Below are positions 1 to 9,585 of a stretch of DNA of 40,379 bases, in pieces (the stretch's first letter is position 1; each line of letters starts with the position of its first letter). Source of the stretch: Bacteroidota bacterium. Lineage in GTDB: Bacteria; Bacteroidota; Bacteroidia; Chitinophagales; Chitinophagaceae. A program made the position numbers and the translations under genes. A model generated the notes under the pieces. The model saw only the letters and a list, made by a program, of their open reading frames with translations, did not search any database and was not told the origin of the DNA. Location of the stretch: positions 1-40,379 of the forward strand of contig CANETM010000001.1 in the NCBI GenBank assembly GCA_947441205.1. The letters are read 5' to 3'.

Positions 1-70
1 CACATTTGTTGAATTCATAATCAGGCAACAAGGACATCAATTGCGAAAACACCGTTTTTCCCAGGTTCAT
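1..70 (-). CDS. IS4-family transposase, N-terminal fragment (DUF4372-like)
   Basis: Reverse complement of 1-70 translates MNLGKTVFSQLMSLLPDYEFNKC..., matching the MNxGK(T/Y)(V/L)F(S/A)QL start of these transposases. Runs off the window. Confidence 0.75.
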   Translation of the reverse strand, partial: MNLGKTVFSQLMSLLPDYEFNKC

Positions 71-170
71 AAACTAGTCTATGAACAATTTTTGGGAAAT
101 TCAAATCGAAAAAACTTATTTTCGCTGTCAAAGCCTGTTTTTATTGGGTGCTACGAGGATTGGAAAAAAG

Positions 171-187
171 TTAACGGGACACTACTG
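171..187 (-). repeat. Putative terminal inverted repeat (IRL) of the IS
   Basis: CAGTAGTGTCCCGTTAA on the minus strand, about 100 bp upstream of the transposase ATG. The partner IR is outside the window. Confidence 0.55.
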
Positions 188-333
188 AAGTGCTAACAGG
201 TTTTTGTAATTCAGAAAAGGACGGAAATTCTTTTGAAATTAATTGTAATCAACTTTCTCCTGGGATATATTTTTTGCAATTGATAGACAATCAAAGCAAT
301 CAATATACTAAGAAAATTATTAACCTAGATTGA
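188..333 (+). pseudogene. 3' remnant of a T9SS type-A C-terminal sorting domain gene, cut by the IS
   Basis: Frame 1 reads (E)VLTGFCNSEKDGNSFEINCNQLSPGIYFLQLIDNQSNQYTKKIINLD* (stop 331-333). LxxGxYxL and terminal TKKII are CTD hallmarks. An upstream in-frame stop at 172-174 lies inside the IS end. Confidence 0.7.
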
Positions 334-339
334 TTTAAC

Positions 340-1038
340 ATGGCTAAAATTTTAGGAATAATTCCTGCTAGAGCAGGTTCAAAAAGACTACCAGGTAAAA
401 ATACAAGATTGTTTGATGGTAAACCTTTGATAACTTATTCCATAGCGTCTGCCTTAAATTCAACATTGATCACTGACATTGCAGTGAGTTCAGACAGCGA
501 GAAAGTATTGGAAATTGCGTCTAACTATCAAAGAGTAAAAGCAATTAAACGTCCGGTTGAACTTGCTGGTGACCTTTCTCCAGCTATTGATTATGTAAAG
601 CATGCATTGGAGCAATATGAACATACTTTCGATTATGTGGTAATCATACAAGCAAGTTCTCCATTGACACAATCAAACGATATTGATCAAACGATCCAAT
701 TGTTGTTAAATCACCCGGAAGCTGATTCAAGTGTATCAGTTATGCATTTGGACCATGCCATTCATCCTGTGAAGTTAAAAACGATGAAAGACAATGTGTT
801 GTTACCCTATTGGGAAGAAGAAAACGGTCGGATGGCTGCCCATGAATTGCCGGAGTTGTTTGTTCGCAATTGCGCGGTATATGTCAGTAGCAAAAAATCG
901 TTGGAATTGGGCAAAATTATAGGAGACCATTGTTTAGGATATTTAATGCCAAGAGAAAGATCTGTTGATATAAACGAGTTGATTGATTTTGAATTTGCTG
1001 AGTTGTTGTATAAAAAATATTATAAGGTAGGTTCATAG
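340..1038 (+). CDS. neuA: CMP-N-acylneuraminate / nonulosonate cytidylyltransferase (NeuA/LegF/PseF family)
   Basis: IIPARAGSKRLPGKN, QASSPL and SVDINELIDF motifs. Confidence 0.9.
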   Translation: MAKILGIIPARAGSKRLPGKNTRLFDGKPLITYSIASALNSTLITDIAVSSDSEKVLEIASNYQRVKAIKRPVELAGDLSPAIDYVKHALEQYEHTFDYVVIIQASSPLTQSNDIDQTIQLLLNHPEADSSVSVMHLDHAIHPVKLKTMKDNVLLPYWEEENGRMAAHELPELFVRNCAVYVSSKKSLELGKIIGDHCLGYLMPRERSVDINELIDFEFAELLYKKYYKVGS

Positions 1039-1077
1039 ATATTACCATTTCAAAAACAATATTGTAAAAGAAAATTC

Positions 1078-2100
1078 ATGATTAGAGCAGCAATAATTGG
1101 TTTAGGTCCTCATGGAATGAGAATGCTACAAAGTGCATCACAAATTGATTCAATCAAATTGGTAGCAGTTGTAGATCGAGATGAAGCTAAATTGAACCAG
1201 GAGATGGTATTGAAAACAGGAGCAATACCATTAAAAGATCTAGCTGAACTTTGGAAACACCAAATTGACTTATTGATGATTGCAACAAATGGGCCTTCTC
1301 ATTTTGCATTATCTATGGAGGGGATTAGCAAAGGGATTACTCATTTACTTATATCAAAACCCATGACTACTTCAGTTTCTGATGCTATTGCTATCAACAA
1401 AGCAGCTACTGAGAGAAATGTAAGGGTTTGTGTTGATCATATTTTAAGATATGATGAAACATATCAATGGATAAAAATGCAAATCTCAAGCAATCGTTGG
1501 GGAAAGTTAAGAAGAATGTATTTGCAGCGACCTGGTATTGGTATGGGATGTTTAGGTGTTCACTCATTCGATATGGCCAATTATTTAATTGGAAAACAAC
1601 CCCTAAAAGTTACGGGTTGGTTAGATGAGCCGATAGGTAAAAATCCACGAGGGGAACAATTTGTTGATCCAGGTGGTTTGGTTGTGATAGATTATGGTGA
1701 AGGTACCAGAGCCACTGTAGACCAAATTGAAGATGGGAGCGGACCTGCTGTTACTGAAATTGTATTCAATCATGCACGTGTGAGGGTAGATGAGAAAAAT
1801 AATATTTTGGAAGTGATCGAAAAAGATCCTGCATTTGTTCCGGGGCCCAACAAAAAAGCGCCACTTACCAGATTTGTAAACCCTCATTTAAAAGAGGTAA
1901 TACACGATATGGTTTCATTGTTAAAAGCGATTACTCTTGAATTAATAAGTGAGAAACCACTATTGTCGGATGGTATTACAGGACAAAATACAATTGAAAT
2001 ATTAGTAGCAGCCTATATATCAAACAACAATGGGAATAAGCCTATCGAATTGCCCTTGACAGAGCCCGATTACTTAACATTAAATTTAAATATTACATGA
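1078..2100 (+). CDS. Gfo/Idh/MocA family oxidoreductase
   Basis: N-terminal Rossmann IIGLGPHG, SKPM (variant of EKP), GVHSFD. Confidence 0.85.
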   Translation: MIRAAIIGLGPHGMRMLQSASQIDSIKLVAVVDRDEAKLNQEMVLKTGAIPLKDLAELWKHQIDLLMIATNGPSHFALSMEGISKGITHLLISKPMTTSVSDAIAINKAATERNVRVCVDHILRYDETYQWIKMQISSNRWGKLRRMYLQRPGIGMGCLGVHSFDMANYLIGKQPLKVTGWLDEPIGKNPRGEQFVDPGGLVVIDYGEGTRATVDQIEDGSGPAVTEIVFNHARVRVDEKNNILEVIEKDPAFVPGPNKKAPLTRFVNPHLKEVIHDMVSLLKAITLELISEKPLLSDGITGQNTIEILVAAYISNNNGNKPIELPLTEPDYLTLNLNIT

Positions 2101-3050
2101 GAGTTTGTATTATAGGTTATGGAAATATTGCTAAAAAGCACATAGAGGCGTTTAGAGCACATGGCTGTGAGATAGTAGCATCATGTAATAGGAGCGCCAG
2201 TAGCAATGAGGCGGCTCGTCAAGAAGCTGGGATTCCTAAAACATACACCGATCACATTAGTATGATTGAAACGGAGAAACCTGATGCTGTGGTTAATTGT
2301 GTGTCATTTGAACACATTTATTCAATTACCAAATCATTGATACCATACGGCATTCCATTATTGATTGAAAAACCTGCCGGACTGACTGTTTTTGAAACGA
2401 AGGAGTTAATCAATTTAGAGAAGCAGTTTTCAACTAAAGTACAAGTGGCTCTGAACAGAAGACATTACAGTGTCATACAAAAGGCTTTGGATTCAATAGG
2501 TGGGGTAGAGCATTTGGACATGATGAGTATTGAATGGTCAGAAAGGCCATTGGCTACAAAAAACAAAAAAGGATTTTCAGATTTATTGATAGCACAGCAT
2601 ATTTATGCAAACTCCATTCATGGGATTGATACATTGAATTACTTTTCAGGAGGAATCAATGATTATCAAACATATTGTAGTGCTTCGGAAGGGTATTTTC
2701 ATTGGCAAATGGCATTTTCCGGAATGTCTGATAAAGGTGTGATCACTAATTTTACCAGTTCTTGGGGAAGTCCGGTTCCGTGGAGAATACTCATGTACGG
2801 AAAGGGTAAGCGATTAGAATTTGCTCCTTTAGAGACGTGCAAAGTTTTTGACGAACAAACACAAGGGTTTTCTAATATTGGGCCTGAAGCTTTTGATATG
2901 AAATACAAAGCAGGCTTCTATTTGCAAACGAAATCGTTTTTGGACTTAGTAAATGCTAATAATTTAGCTCACAAACACAGTCTTGAATCTACTCTCAACA
3001 GCATGAAAATAGCAGAAGAAATATTTAAAAAATTGTACGTTGACAGATAA
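2097..3050 (+). CDS. Gfo/Idh/MocA family oxidoreductase
   Basis: IIGYGNIA, LIEKPAG, LNRRHY, NSIHGID. ATGA overlap with the upstream gene. Confidence 0.85.
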   Translation: MRVCIIGYGNIAKKHIEAFRAHGCEIVASCNRSASSNEAARQEAGIPKTYTDHISMIETEKPDAVVNCVSFEHIYSITKSLIPYGIPLLIEKPAGLTVFETKELINLEKQFSTKVQVALNRRHYSVIQKALDSIGGVEHLDMMSIEWSERPLATKNKKGFSDLLIAQHIYANSIHGIDTLNYFSGGINDYQTYCSASEGYFHWQMAFSGMSDKGVITNFTSSWGSPVPWRILMYGKGKRLEFAPLETCKVFDEQTQGFSNIGPEAFDMKYKAGFYLQTKSFLDLVNANNLAHKHSLESTLNSMKIAEEIFKKLYVDR

Positions 3051-4491
3051 CGCTGAGCAAATATCTTTACCTAAACGAATTTTAGGAGCTATGTTTAATT
3101 TTGGGGTATCCAATGTGATGACCAAAATTATCGGGTTTCTCCTTATTCCGGTTTACACCCGCTATTTAGATCCAACTGACTATGGAATTGTTGAACTTTG
3201 TGGAGCGCTCTCTGCTTTTGTAATCATTTTCATGAGGTTAGGTGTGCCCGGTGCCGTTAACCGTTTTTACTTTGATTACAAGAGTGACCCCAATAAATTA
3301 AATGACTATATAACTACGATACATCATTTGTTGGTATTTGCAACCATCACTTTGGGTATCATTATTGGAGTCATTGTTTACTTGTTTTCAGAAACAATAT
3401 TATCTGGAGTACTTTTCTTTCCATTCATCCTATTGACACTGATTAATGCAGGTTTTTCAGCGAATAGTGATTTGCAAAAACGCTTGTTGCAAAGCAAGGA
3501 AAAGTCGGCTTATATGGCTAAGTTGAATATAAGTTTAGCTATAGTAGGCATAGGTCTTGCATTGTTATTTGTAGTAGTTTTTAAGATGGGGGCACTTGGT
3601 TTAATGCTTTCACAAAGTGCAACTACATTTGTGTTTTTTATTCAAGCCCAATACTATTTACGTAATTATTTAAAAGGAAAGTTTAATTGGGGCATGTTAA
3701 AGGATTCATTAAAATATGGAGCTGGATTATTGCCTCACCATTTGTTTGCTGTATTGGCACCTTTGATGTCGAAAGGTATATTGAATTCAAAAGAATCGTT
3801 GGCAGCCTTGGGGGTTTTCGCATTGGCCATCAGGTTTACGCAACCATTGGATATTATTTACGATATATTTATGGTTTCATTTAACCCCATCTATTTTTCA
3901 TTACGCAAAAATCAGGAGAACCAAAAAATCAGAACCGTCTACCGTTCTGTATGGTATATTTCCATTGCAGTATATATGTTGGTTGCGATCATTCTCCCTT
4001 CTATAATCCCATTGATTACACCCGAACGATTTCATCAAAGTGCCCATTTAATCCCCATTCTCGCTTTGGGTTTTTTGGGTCAAGTGTTGTACAGTCTATT
4101 CTTGATAGAAAACTATTTTGATAAGAATACCCGATTTATTTCATTGGTTACAGGAACAGGGTTGGCTATTAACTTATTGGTTACGTTATTGACGGTTGAC
4201 CGATTTGGGGTGTATGCAGTTGCTATGGCATCCGCAGCAGGATTTATAACTTGGTCAATTATGGGGTATGTTTTTTCCAAGAAACATTTTTTGAATTATA
4301 TAGACCTGAAAACAATTGCTATCGGTTTGTTGGTGATCATACCTGTTTTTATCGTGGCTATATATACCCCATTGGATGCTTTCATGATTCGGTTTGCATT
4401 GCTTGCGTTAGGATTTGGGGCGATTGTATTGTTCAATTACAACCATTTTACCAAGGTTGTAACCATCATCCGAAACAAGGGAATGCAGTAG
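3040..4491 (+). CDS. wzx: Wzx-type oligosaccharide flippase
   Basis: About 480 aa, many hydrophobic segments, FLLIPVYTRYLDPTDYG motif. TTG start; an alternative ATG lies at 3091. Confidence 0.88.
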   Translation: MTDNAEQISLPKRILGAMFNFGVSNVMTKIIGFLLIPVYTRYLDPTDYGIVELCGALSAFVIIFMRLGVPGAVNRFYFDYKSDPNKLNDYITTIHHLLVFATITLGIIIGVIVYLFSETILSGVLFFPFILLTLINAGFSANSDLQKRLLQSKEKSAYMAKLNISLAIVGIGLALLFVVVFKMGALGLMLSQSATTFVFFIQAQYYLRNYLKGKFNWGMLKDSLKYGAGLLPHHLFAVLAPLMSKGILNSKESLAALGVFALAIRFTQPLDIIYDIFMVSFNPIYFSLRKNQENQKIRTVYRSVWYISIAVYMLVAIILPSIIPLITPERFHQSAHLIPILALGFLGQVLYSLFLIENYFDKNTRFISLVTGTGLAINLLVTLLTVDRFGVYAVAMASAAGFITWSIMGYVFSKKHFLNYIDLKTIAIGLLVIIPVFIVAIYTPLDAFMIRFALLALGFGAIVLFNYNHFTKVVTIIRNKGMQ

Positions 4492-4531
4492 GTTGATATT
4501 CTGAATAAGGCTAATATTTATTTCTAATAAT

Positions 4532-5944
4532 ATGTCATTGTTTTTACGTGCTTATACTATTCTTACCCACTTCTGTTCCAACAGAATCATATCCACAAAT
4601 CCGTTAGCTAAATATTACCAATACGCAGTACCATGGATGTATGAAGAAATTTTGATACACCTTAGGAATGATGACAAAGAAAAGGTGCTTGCACGCAAAC
4701 AATACAAAGAAACAAACAGACAACTATTGATACATTGGGTTTTGGTTTGGATGAATCGATTTCAATTGTTGTTTGCACCCAAAGCTGATATCCTATTCAT
4801 GACGAGCCATCCCGATCACCATGCACAATATGGGGAACTTGAACCTTTATTTAAAGAGAAAGGAATTACTTGGGTATATATCACCAACAAGCTCAAAATT
4901 TATCAGGAACTCAAACGAAAAAAAAAGCGGGTCTATTTTTTAGACAATGCAAACAAAAATGATTTGAACCGATTCTATGTCGATTCAATGAATACTGCAA
5001 ACTTTGATAAATCGATGGAGTCGCATGTAATAAAATATCTGGGTTATTTTCGGTATTTGGAGAATCAAATTCGTTGGATGATTAACCGTTTGTCGCCCAA
5101 AGTTTTTGTTACAGCCAACGAACTATTGTTACCACATCGGGTTGCGCTGATGCTTTTTAAAGAAAAATCAATGCAGACCCTTTGTTTGCAGCATGGTTAT
5201 ATCAGTAACACGAACATCATTTACAAAGAAATGTTGTCCGATCAATTTTTGGTTTATGGACAAGTAAGCAAGCAAGCTATGTTGGATATGGGATTTCCCG
5301 AAAACAGGATGGAAGTAGTTGGCAGCTTGTTGTATAAAGATACATTGCCAAATTTTGCACCATCTACCCAATCATTTCTAAGCTTAGGAAAGAAAAATAT
5401 CTTGGTTGCTTTCTCGGGAGCGGGTAATAGTACTTCTTTAAAACACCACTTAAAGCAAATACAAACAGTTGAGTCACTTTCCAACGAAATGGAGGATGTT
5501 CATTTTTTGATGAAACTGCATCCCAAAGATGATATGCAATTTTACAAAGGATTATCTAAAAACAATATCCGGGTTATTTCGCATGATGATTTTATGAACC
5601 AAAAAGGAGATTTCATTGATGTAATTGCCCGCAGCAATGCGTTGATCACTTCCGTTTCGGCTTCCATGTATGATGCTTTTAAATTGGGTGTGCCTGTGTG
5701 TGTATTGGATCTGGAAAATGAATATGCAGATAGTGATGTTATACAAGCGAAAGTGGTTTCATATTGTAACAGTTTTGACAAGCTTTTGAACAGCATTCGT
5801 GAGATGATAAAACAGGATGTCCATTATGCAACCATTCAATCAGCAAAAAAATATTTAATGAACTTTTATCACTTGACTGAAAAAGCCGATGCAAAAACGT
5901 TGGTTTATCAGGTCATTTCACAATCGATTCAAAAAATACCATAA
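4532..5944 (+). CDS. Putative GT-B glycosyltransferase, probably CMP-nonulosonate (sialyltransferase-like) transferase
   Basis: LQHG, VYGQ, KLHP(KD) and S-A-S-M-Y-D-A motifs typical of CMP-sugar/CDP-polyol-utilising GT-B enzymes. Lies in the same block as neuA and wzx. Confidence 0.6.
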   Translation: MSLFLRAYTILTHFCSNRIISTNPLAKYYQYAVPWMYEEILIHLRNDDKEKVLARKQYKETNRQLLIHWVLVWMNRFQLLFAPKADILFMTSHPDHHAQYGELEPLFKEKGITWVYITNKLKIYQELKRKKKRVYFLDNANKNDLNRFYVDSMNTANFDKSMESHVIKYLGYFRYLENQIRWMINRLSPKVFVTANELLLPHRVALMLFKEKSMQTLCLQHGYISNTNIIYKEMLSDQFLVYGQVSKQAMLDMGFPENRMEVVGSLLYKDTLPNFAPSTQSFLSLGKKNILVAFSGAGNSTSLKHHLKQIQTVESLSNEMEDVHFLMKLHPKDDMQFYKGLSKNNIRVISHDDFMNQKGDFIDVIARSNALITSVSASMYDAFKLGVPVCVLDLENEYADSDVIQAKVVSYCNSFDKLLNSIREMIKQDVHYATIQSAKKYLMNFYHLTEKADAKTLVYQVISQSIQKIP

Positions 5945-5956
5945 CATATAAAGTAT

Positions 5957-6514
5957 ATGAAATTAAGTTTAGCACAACGTATTTATATTAAATTTGTTTA
6001 TAGTATCCCCAGTAGGTGGAATAGGTTATTCAAACTCAAAGAAATCAATACATACAGAGTTAGGGCATCCGTGGGAAGTTGTGGGTCACATTTATTGATT
6101 GACGGGAAATTTACTGGTTTTAGTAAAGATGTTCATCTAGGACATCATGTTAGTTTTAATGACAATATTTTTATTCATGGCAATGGGCCTTTGACTATTG
6201 GCAACTATTTTCATGGTGGGGTAAATATTACCATCATCACCTCCAATCACCGTTTTGAAGGAGCTACATCTATTCCGTACGATAAAGTCAGAATCAACAA
6301 ACCGGTTGTCATCAAGGATTTCGTATGGTTTGGGGACAATGTCACCATAATTCCCGGAGTCACAATTGGAGAAGGAGCCATTGTAGCCGCAGGTGCAGTA
6401 GTAGTAAAAGATGTACCCGATTGTGCCATAGTAGGAGGTAATCCGGCACAAATTATCAAATACAGAAATACAGAAGATTTTCACAAATTAAAAGCAGAAG
6501 GAAAGTTTTTGTAA
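5957..6514 (+). CDS. Left-handed beta-helix O-acetyl/acyltransferase
   Basis: Hexapeptide repeats [32 protein letters not shown]...VGGNPA. Confidence 0.9.
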   Translation: MKLSLAQRIYIKFVYSIPSRWNRLFKLKEINTYRVRASVGSCGSHLLIDGKFTGFSKDVHLGHHVSFNDNIFIHGNGPLTIGNYFHGGVNITIITSNHRFEGATSIPYDKVRINKPVVIKDFVWFGDNVTIIPGVTIGEGAIVAAGAVVVKDVPDCAIVGGNPAQIIKYRNTEDFHKLKAEGKFL

Positions 6515-6601
6515 TGGATTTATATAGCGAGTGCATGTGTTTACATAATAGAATTGGTCTATTCAATCAACATTATTTTGTCTTGAACTTAAATCGATAA
6601 T

Positions 6602-8509
6602 ATGTGCGGAATTGCAGGTTATTTAGGGGTAAATAGTAACGAAAGTACCATACGGTCTATGGTAAAGGCGATGGCTCATCGCGGACCAGATGGCGTGGGT
6701 GTTTACTGTTCAGATGGGATTGCATTGGGTCATGCCCGATTATCCATATTGGATTTGAGTGACAGTGGTTCACAACCCATGTATTCCGATGATGGAAATC
6801 TGGTGATGGTGTTTAATGGAGAAGTGTTTAATTATAAAGAGTTAGCCCAAAAGTTATTGCCTGATGTGCCTCTTAAATCGAGTTCAGATTCAGAAGTTGT
6901 ACTGAAACTATACGAAAGAATGGGGGCTGAAGCATTGTCACATTTCAGGGGAATGTTTGCTATACTTATTTGGGACAAACAAAAACAAGAATTGTTTGGC
7001 GCTCGAGATAGATTGGGTATTAAACCTATGTATTATGCTGAAAAGGATGCATCGTTGTTATTTGGTTCTGAAATCAAGACTTTGTTAGCAAGTGGATTGG
7101 TCGAAAAAACAATTAACCGACATGCATTGGTTCAATTGTTTCAATACGGACATATTGCACAACCTAACAGCATTATTCAACAAATTAAAGCAGTCCCGCC
7201 TGCGACTTATTTCAAGGTAAAAGTAAACGAATCTATTTCTTTTCATACGTATTGGCATTTTCAACATCAGGGGGAAATGTTTCAAGGCTCTTTTGAAGAG
7301 GCGTGTGTTCAGTTTAGGGATGAGTTCGAAAAAGCAGTTAGTTTGAGGATGATATCAGATAGGCCCATTGGTGTTTTTCTGAGTAGTGGTCTAGACAGCG
7401 TTTCATTATTGGCAGCACTAAAAAACAGCAACCGTTCCAATGTTGATACCTATACGATTGGATTTGAAGATACACACAAAAAGTTCTATAGAGAAGATAT
7501 CAAGGCAAAAGAAATTTCAAACCATTTCGGATATAAAAATGAATCGGTGATTATCCATCCACAACATATTATTGATGATTTCCCGGGATTCGTATTTGGT
7601 TTGGACCAACCTTCCATCGATGGTTTCAATTCTTATTTGGTTTCAAAATACACGAGCCAACATATTACTGTTGCCTTAAGTGGATTGGGTGGAGATGAGC
7701 TGTTTTTGGGATATCCCCGAAATATCTACTTGCATTTCAAACAAAAGCAAACCAACAAGGCACTCAATTTACTGAATGAAAAGTACCAGTATATGGTGCA
7801 AAATGGTCAGTTGAATGCCAACAAGTATATAACCGGACTATTCCATAAATACGCAGGATGCAACGATATCAAATTCGGGTTTTGGGTTCATCATTTGTTG
7901 GACAATTACCACAATAACCTGCAAAAGTTCAGCTTCAACCATACCCTATCTGCTTCAGATGAATGTACTTTTTATTTGAGTCAAGCGATTACAGAAAACA
8001 ACGAATCGGTATTTAACCAAATTACAGCATTTGAGTTTCGAACTTATACCATGAATCAATTGCTTAGGGATATTGACACTGTGTCGATGTATAACTCTAT
8101 GGAAGTAAGGGTTCCTTTTTTAGATCATCGGTTTGTTGAGTTTTGTCTGTCACTTCCGGATGCATTTAAGTTTAATAGCCAAACAAGACAAAAAAAATAT
8201 GGGACCGGTACTACAACTTATGCGCAAAGTGGCATGAAATATATTTTGGGCAAGAGTTATGAGCATTTATTACCCCCAAATTATTTGGATACACCCAAGC
8301 AAGGGTTTCAATTGTCAGTATACGATTGGGCGTTTGCTTATTCACAAAAAGTAAATTACGATATTTTCTCAAAACGTATTGTCAAAGAATTTTTTAATGA
8401 GCGATTTATCAATGAAAAAAAGCAATTTCTATCAACAGAAAATAAATTTGATACGGAGCTGTTTTTATTATTCATATTGGCATTGTGGGCGGATGAAATC
8501 GACTATTGA
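6602..8509 (+). CDS. asnB: Asparagine synthase (glutamine-hydrolysing)-family amidotransferase, WbpS-like uronate amidation
   Basis: MCGIAG (N-terminal nucleophile Cys), HRGPD, FNGE, RDRLGIKP, LSSGLDS, GLGGDELF, EVRVPFLD. Confidence 0.9.
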   Translation: MCGIAGYLGVNSNESTIRSMVKAMAHRGPDGVGVYCSDGIALGHARLSILDLSDSGSQPMYSDDGNLVMVFNGEVFNYKELAQKLLPDVPLKSSSDSEVVLKLYERMGAEALSHFRGMFAILIWDKQKQELFGARDRLGIKPMYYAEKDASLLFGSEIKTLLASGLVEKTINRHALVQLFQYGHIAQPNSIIQQIKAVPPATYFKVKVNESISFHTYWHFQHQGEMFQGSFEEACVQFRDEFEKAVSLRMISDRPIGVFLSSGLDSVSLLAALKNSNRSNVDTYTIGFEDTHKKFYREDIKAKEISNHFGYKNESVIIHPQHIIDDFPGFVFGLDQPSIDGFNSYLVSKYTSQHITVALSGLGGDELFLGYPRNIYLHFKQKQTNKALNLLNEKYQYMVQNGQLNANKYITGLFHKYAGCNDIKFGFWVHHLLDNYHNNLQKFSFNHTLSASDECTFYLSQAITENNESVFNQITAFEFRTYTMNQLLRDIDTVSMYNSMEVRVPFLDHRFVEFCLSLPDAFKFNSQTRQKKYGTGTTTYAQSGMKYILGKSYEHLLPPNYLDTPKQGFQLSVYDWAFAYSQKVNYDIFSKRIVKEFFNERFINEKKQFLSTENKFDTELFLLFILALWADEIDY

Positions 8510-8565
8510 ATCCAAGATCTTTGTTTATTGTACATCAAACATTTACTATCTAAACTCAAAAAAAA

Positions 8566-9579
8566 TTGAAAGCAGATTTTCTCCCATTTCTAAAATGCCC
8601 TAAGACAAATGAACACCTTAAATTGACTGTAGAAACAAACAAACAAGTTGAAGTGTTGATAGGGAAAGTTAATTCTTCAAAGTTTGAATATCCTATTGAG
8701 GATGGAGTAGTTAATTTCATAGATCCAGATAATGCATACATCCAACAAGAGATGATGCACAATATCAGTGATATGGAACTCCTAAAGCAAAAGTTGTCAA
8801 AAGAAGAGCTAGACAAGTACCTAAAAGATCAAGCATTGGGGTTGGATCCACCAAATTATTATGATGACTATACCCGCAGCACGATGGATGAAATTATGGG
8901 CGGGTTGAATCTCCATAATGCGTCTGTTTTAGAAATTGGAGGCAGTTCGGGCAGGGATTTAATGAAGTACTTTGGGAAAGCCAATAATACTTGTGTAGAA
9001 ATGGATATCAATCCCCATTTAGGATTGGTATCCGAAATTATCATGAACCACCATCAAGTCTATTATGAAAGGGTAAGGGCTGATATGAACCAGCTACCAT
9101 TTCAAGATAATCAATTTGATGTCGTATTTGGTTCCGCTACTTTTCACCATATTGATGACCCGACCAACTGTTTTAAAGATATATACAGAATATTGAAACC
9201 AGGAGGTGCTTTTTATTGCTTAAACGAAAGGGTACTCAGTTCAATGGCACCCGAACAAAAAGAAGTTATTGCCCAAGAAATGGAGTTTTCGCATGAACAC
9301 GCATTTTTTTATTCAGAATGGACTGCATTTTTAAAAAATGCAGGGTTTTCAGTACAAAGAGTAAGGCCTCAGTATTTCACCTATGAGAAGCTTATTGAAA
9401 GGGTTTATGGCAACCAAAAGCCCCAAAGTATGCTTGGCAAGTTAAGATACAACTATTATAAGTTTATGGGGTCATCAAGTTTGAACACGGACAATCCTAT
9501 GCTTAAAGTTATTCAAAAACTTGAAGACGCATATTTTGCCAATGTGCCATTTAATGCCTTATGTAAGAAAGGGAAATAG
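8566..9579 (+). CDS. Class I SAM-dependent methyltransferase with N-terminal Trm112-like module
   Basis: LKCPKT...YPIEDGVVNF (Trm112-like), LEIGGSSG, ADMNQLPFQDNQFD, TFHH, RILKPGG. TTG start. Confidence 0.8.
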   Translation: MKADFLPFLKCPKTNEHLKLTVETNKQVEVLIGKVNSSKFEYPIEDGVVNFIDPDNAYIQQEMMHNISDMELLKQKLSKEELDKYLKDQALGLDPPNYYDDYTRSTMDEIMGGLNLHNASVLEIGGSSGRDLMKYFGKANNTCVEMDINPHLGLVSEIIMNHHQVYYERVRADMNQLPFQDNQFDVVFGSATFHHIDDPTNCFKDIYRILKPGGAFYCLNERVLSSMAPEQKEVIAQEMEFSHEHAFFYSEWTAFLKNAGFSVQRVRPQYFTYEKLIERVYGNQKPQSMLGKLRYNYYKFMGSSSLNTDNPMLKVIQKLEDAYFANVPFNALCKKGK

Positions 9580-9585
9580 AAAGAT

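Larger units (their letters stand above)
1..187 (-). mobile_element. Left end of an IS4-family (DUF4372-type) insertion sequence, truncated by the window edge
   Basis: Minus-strand ATG at 70 begins an IS4-like transposase N-terminus. 171-187 (TTAACGGGACACTACTG; reverse complement CAGTAGTGTCCCGTTAA) resembles the terminal IRs I associate with this IS group. An unrelated coding remnant begins immediately after 187. Confidence 0.75.

Noticed and set aside
4918-4926. A9 tract in the putative nonulosonate transferase (also A8/T8 runs near 8190, 14750, 15487 and 28681) as phase-variation sites
   Set aside because: Such runs are expected in AT-rich DNA, the genes are in frame, and no long G/C tract was seen.
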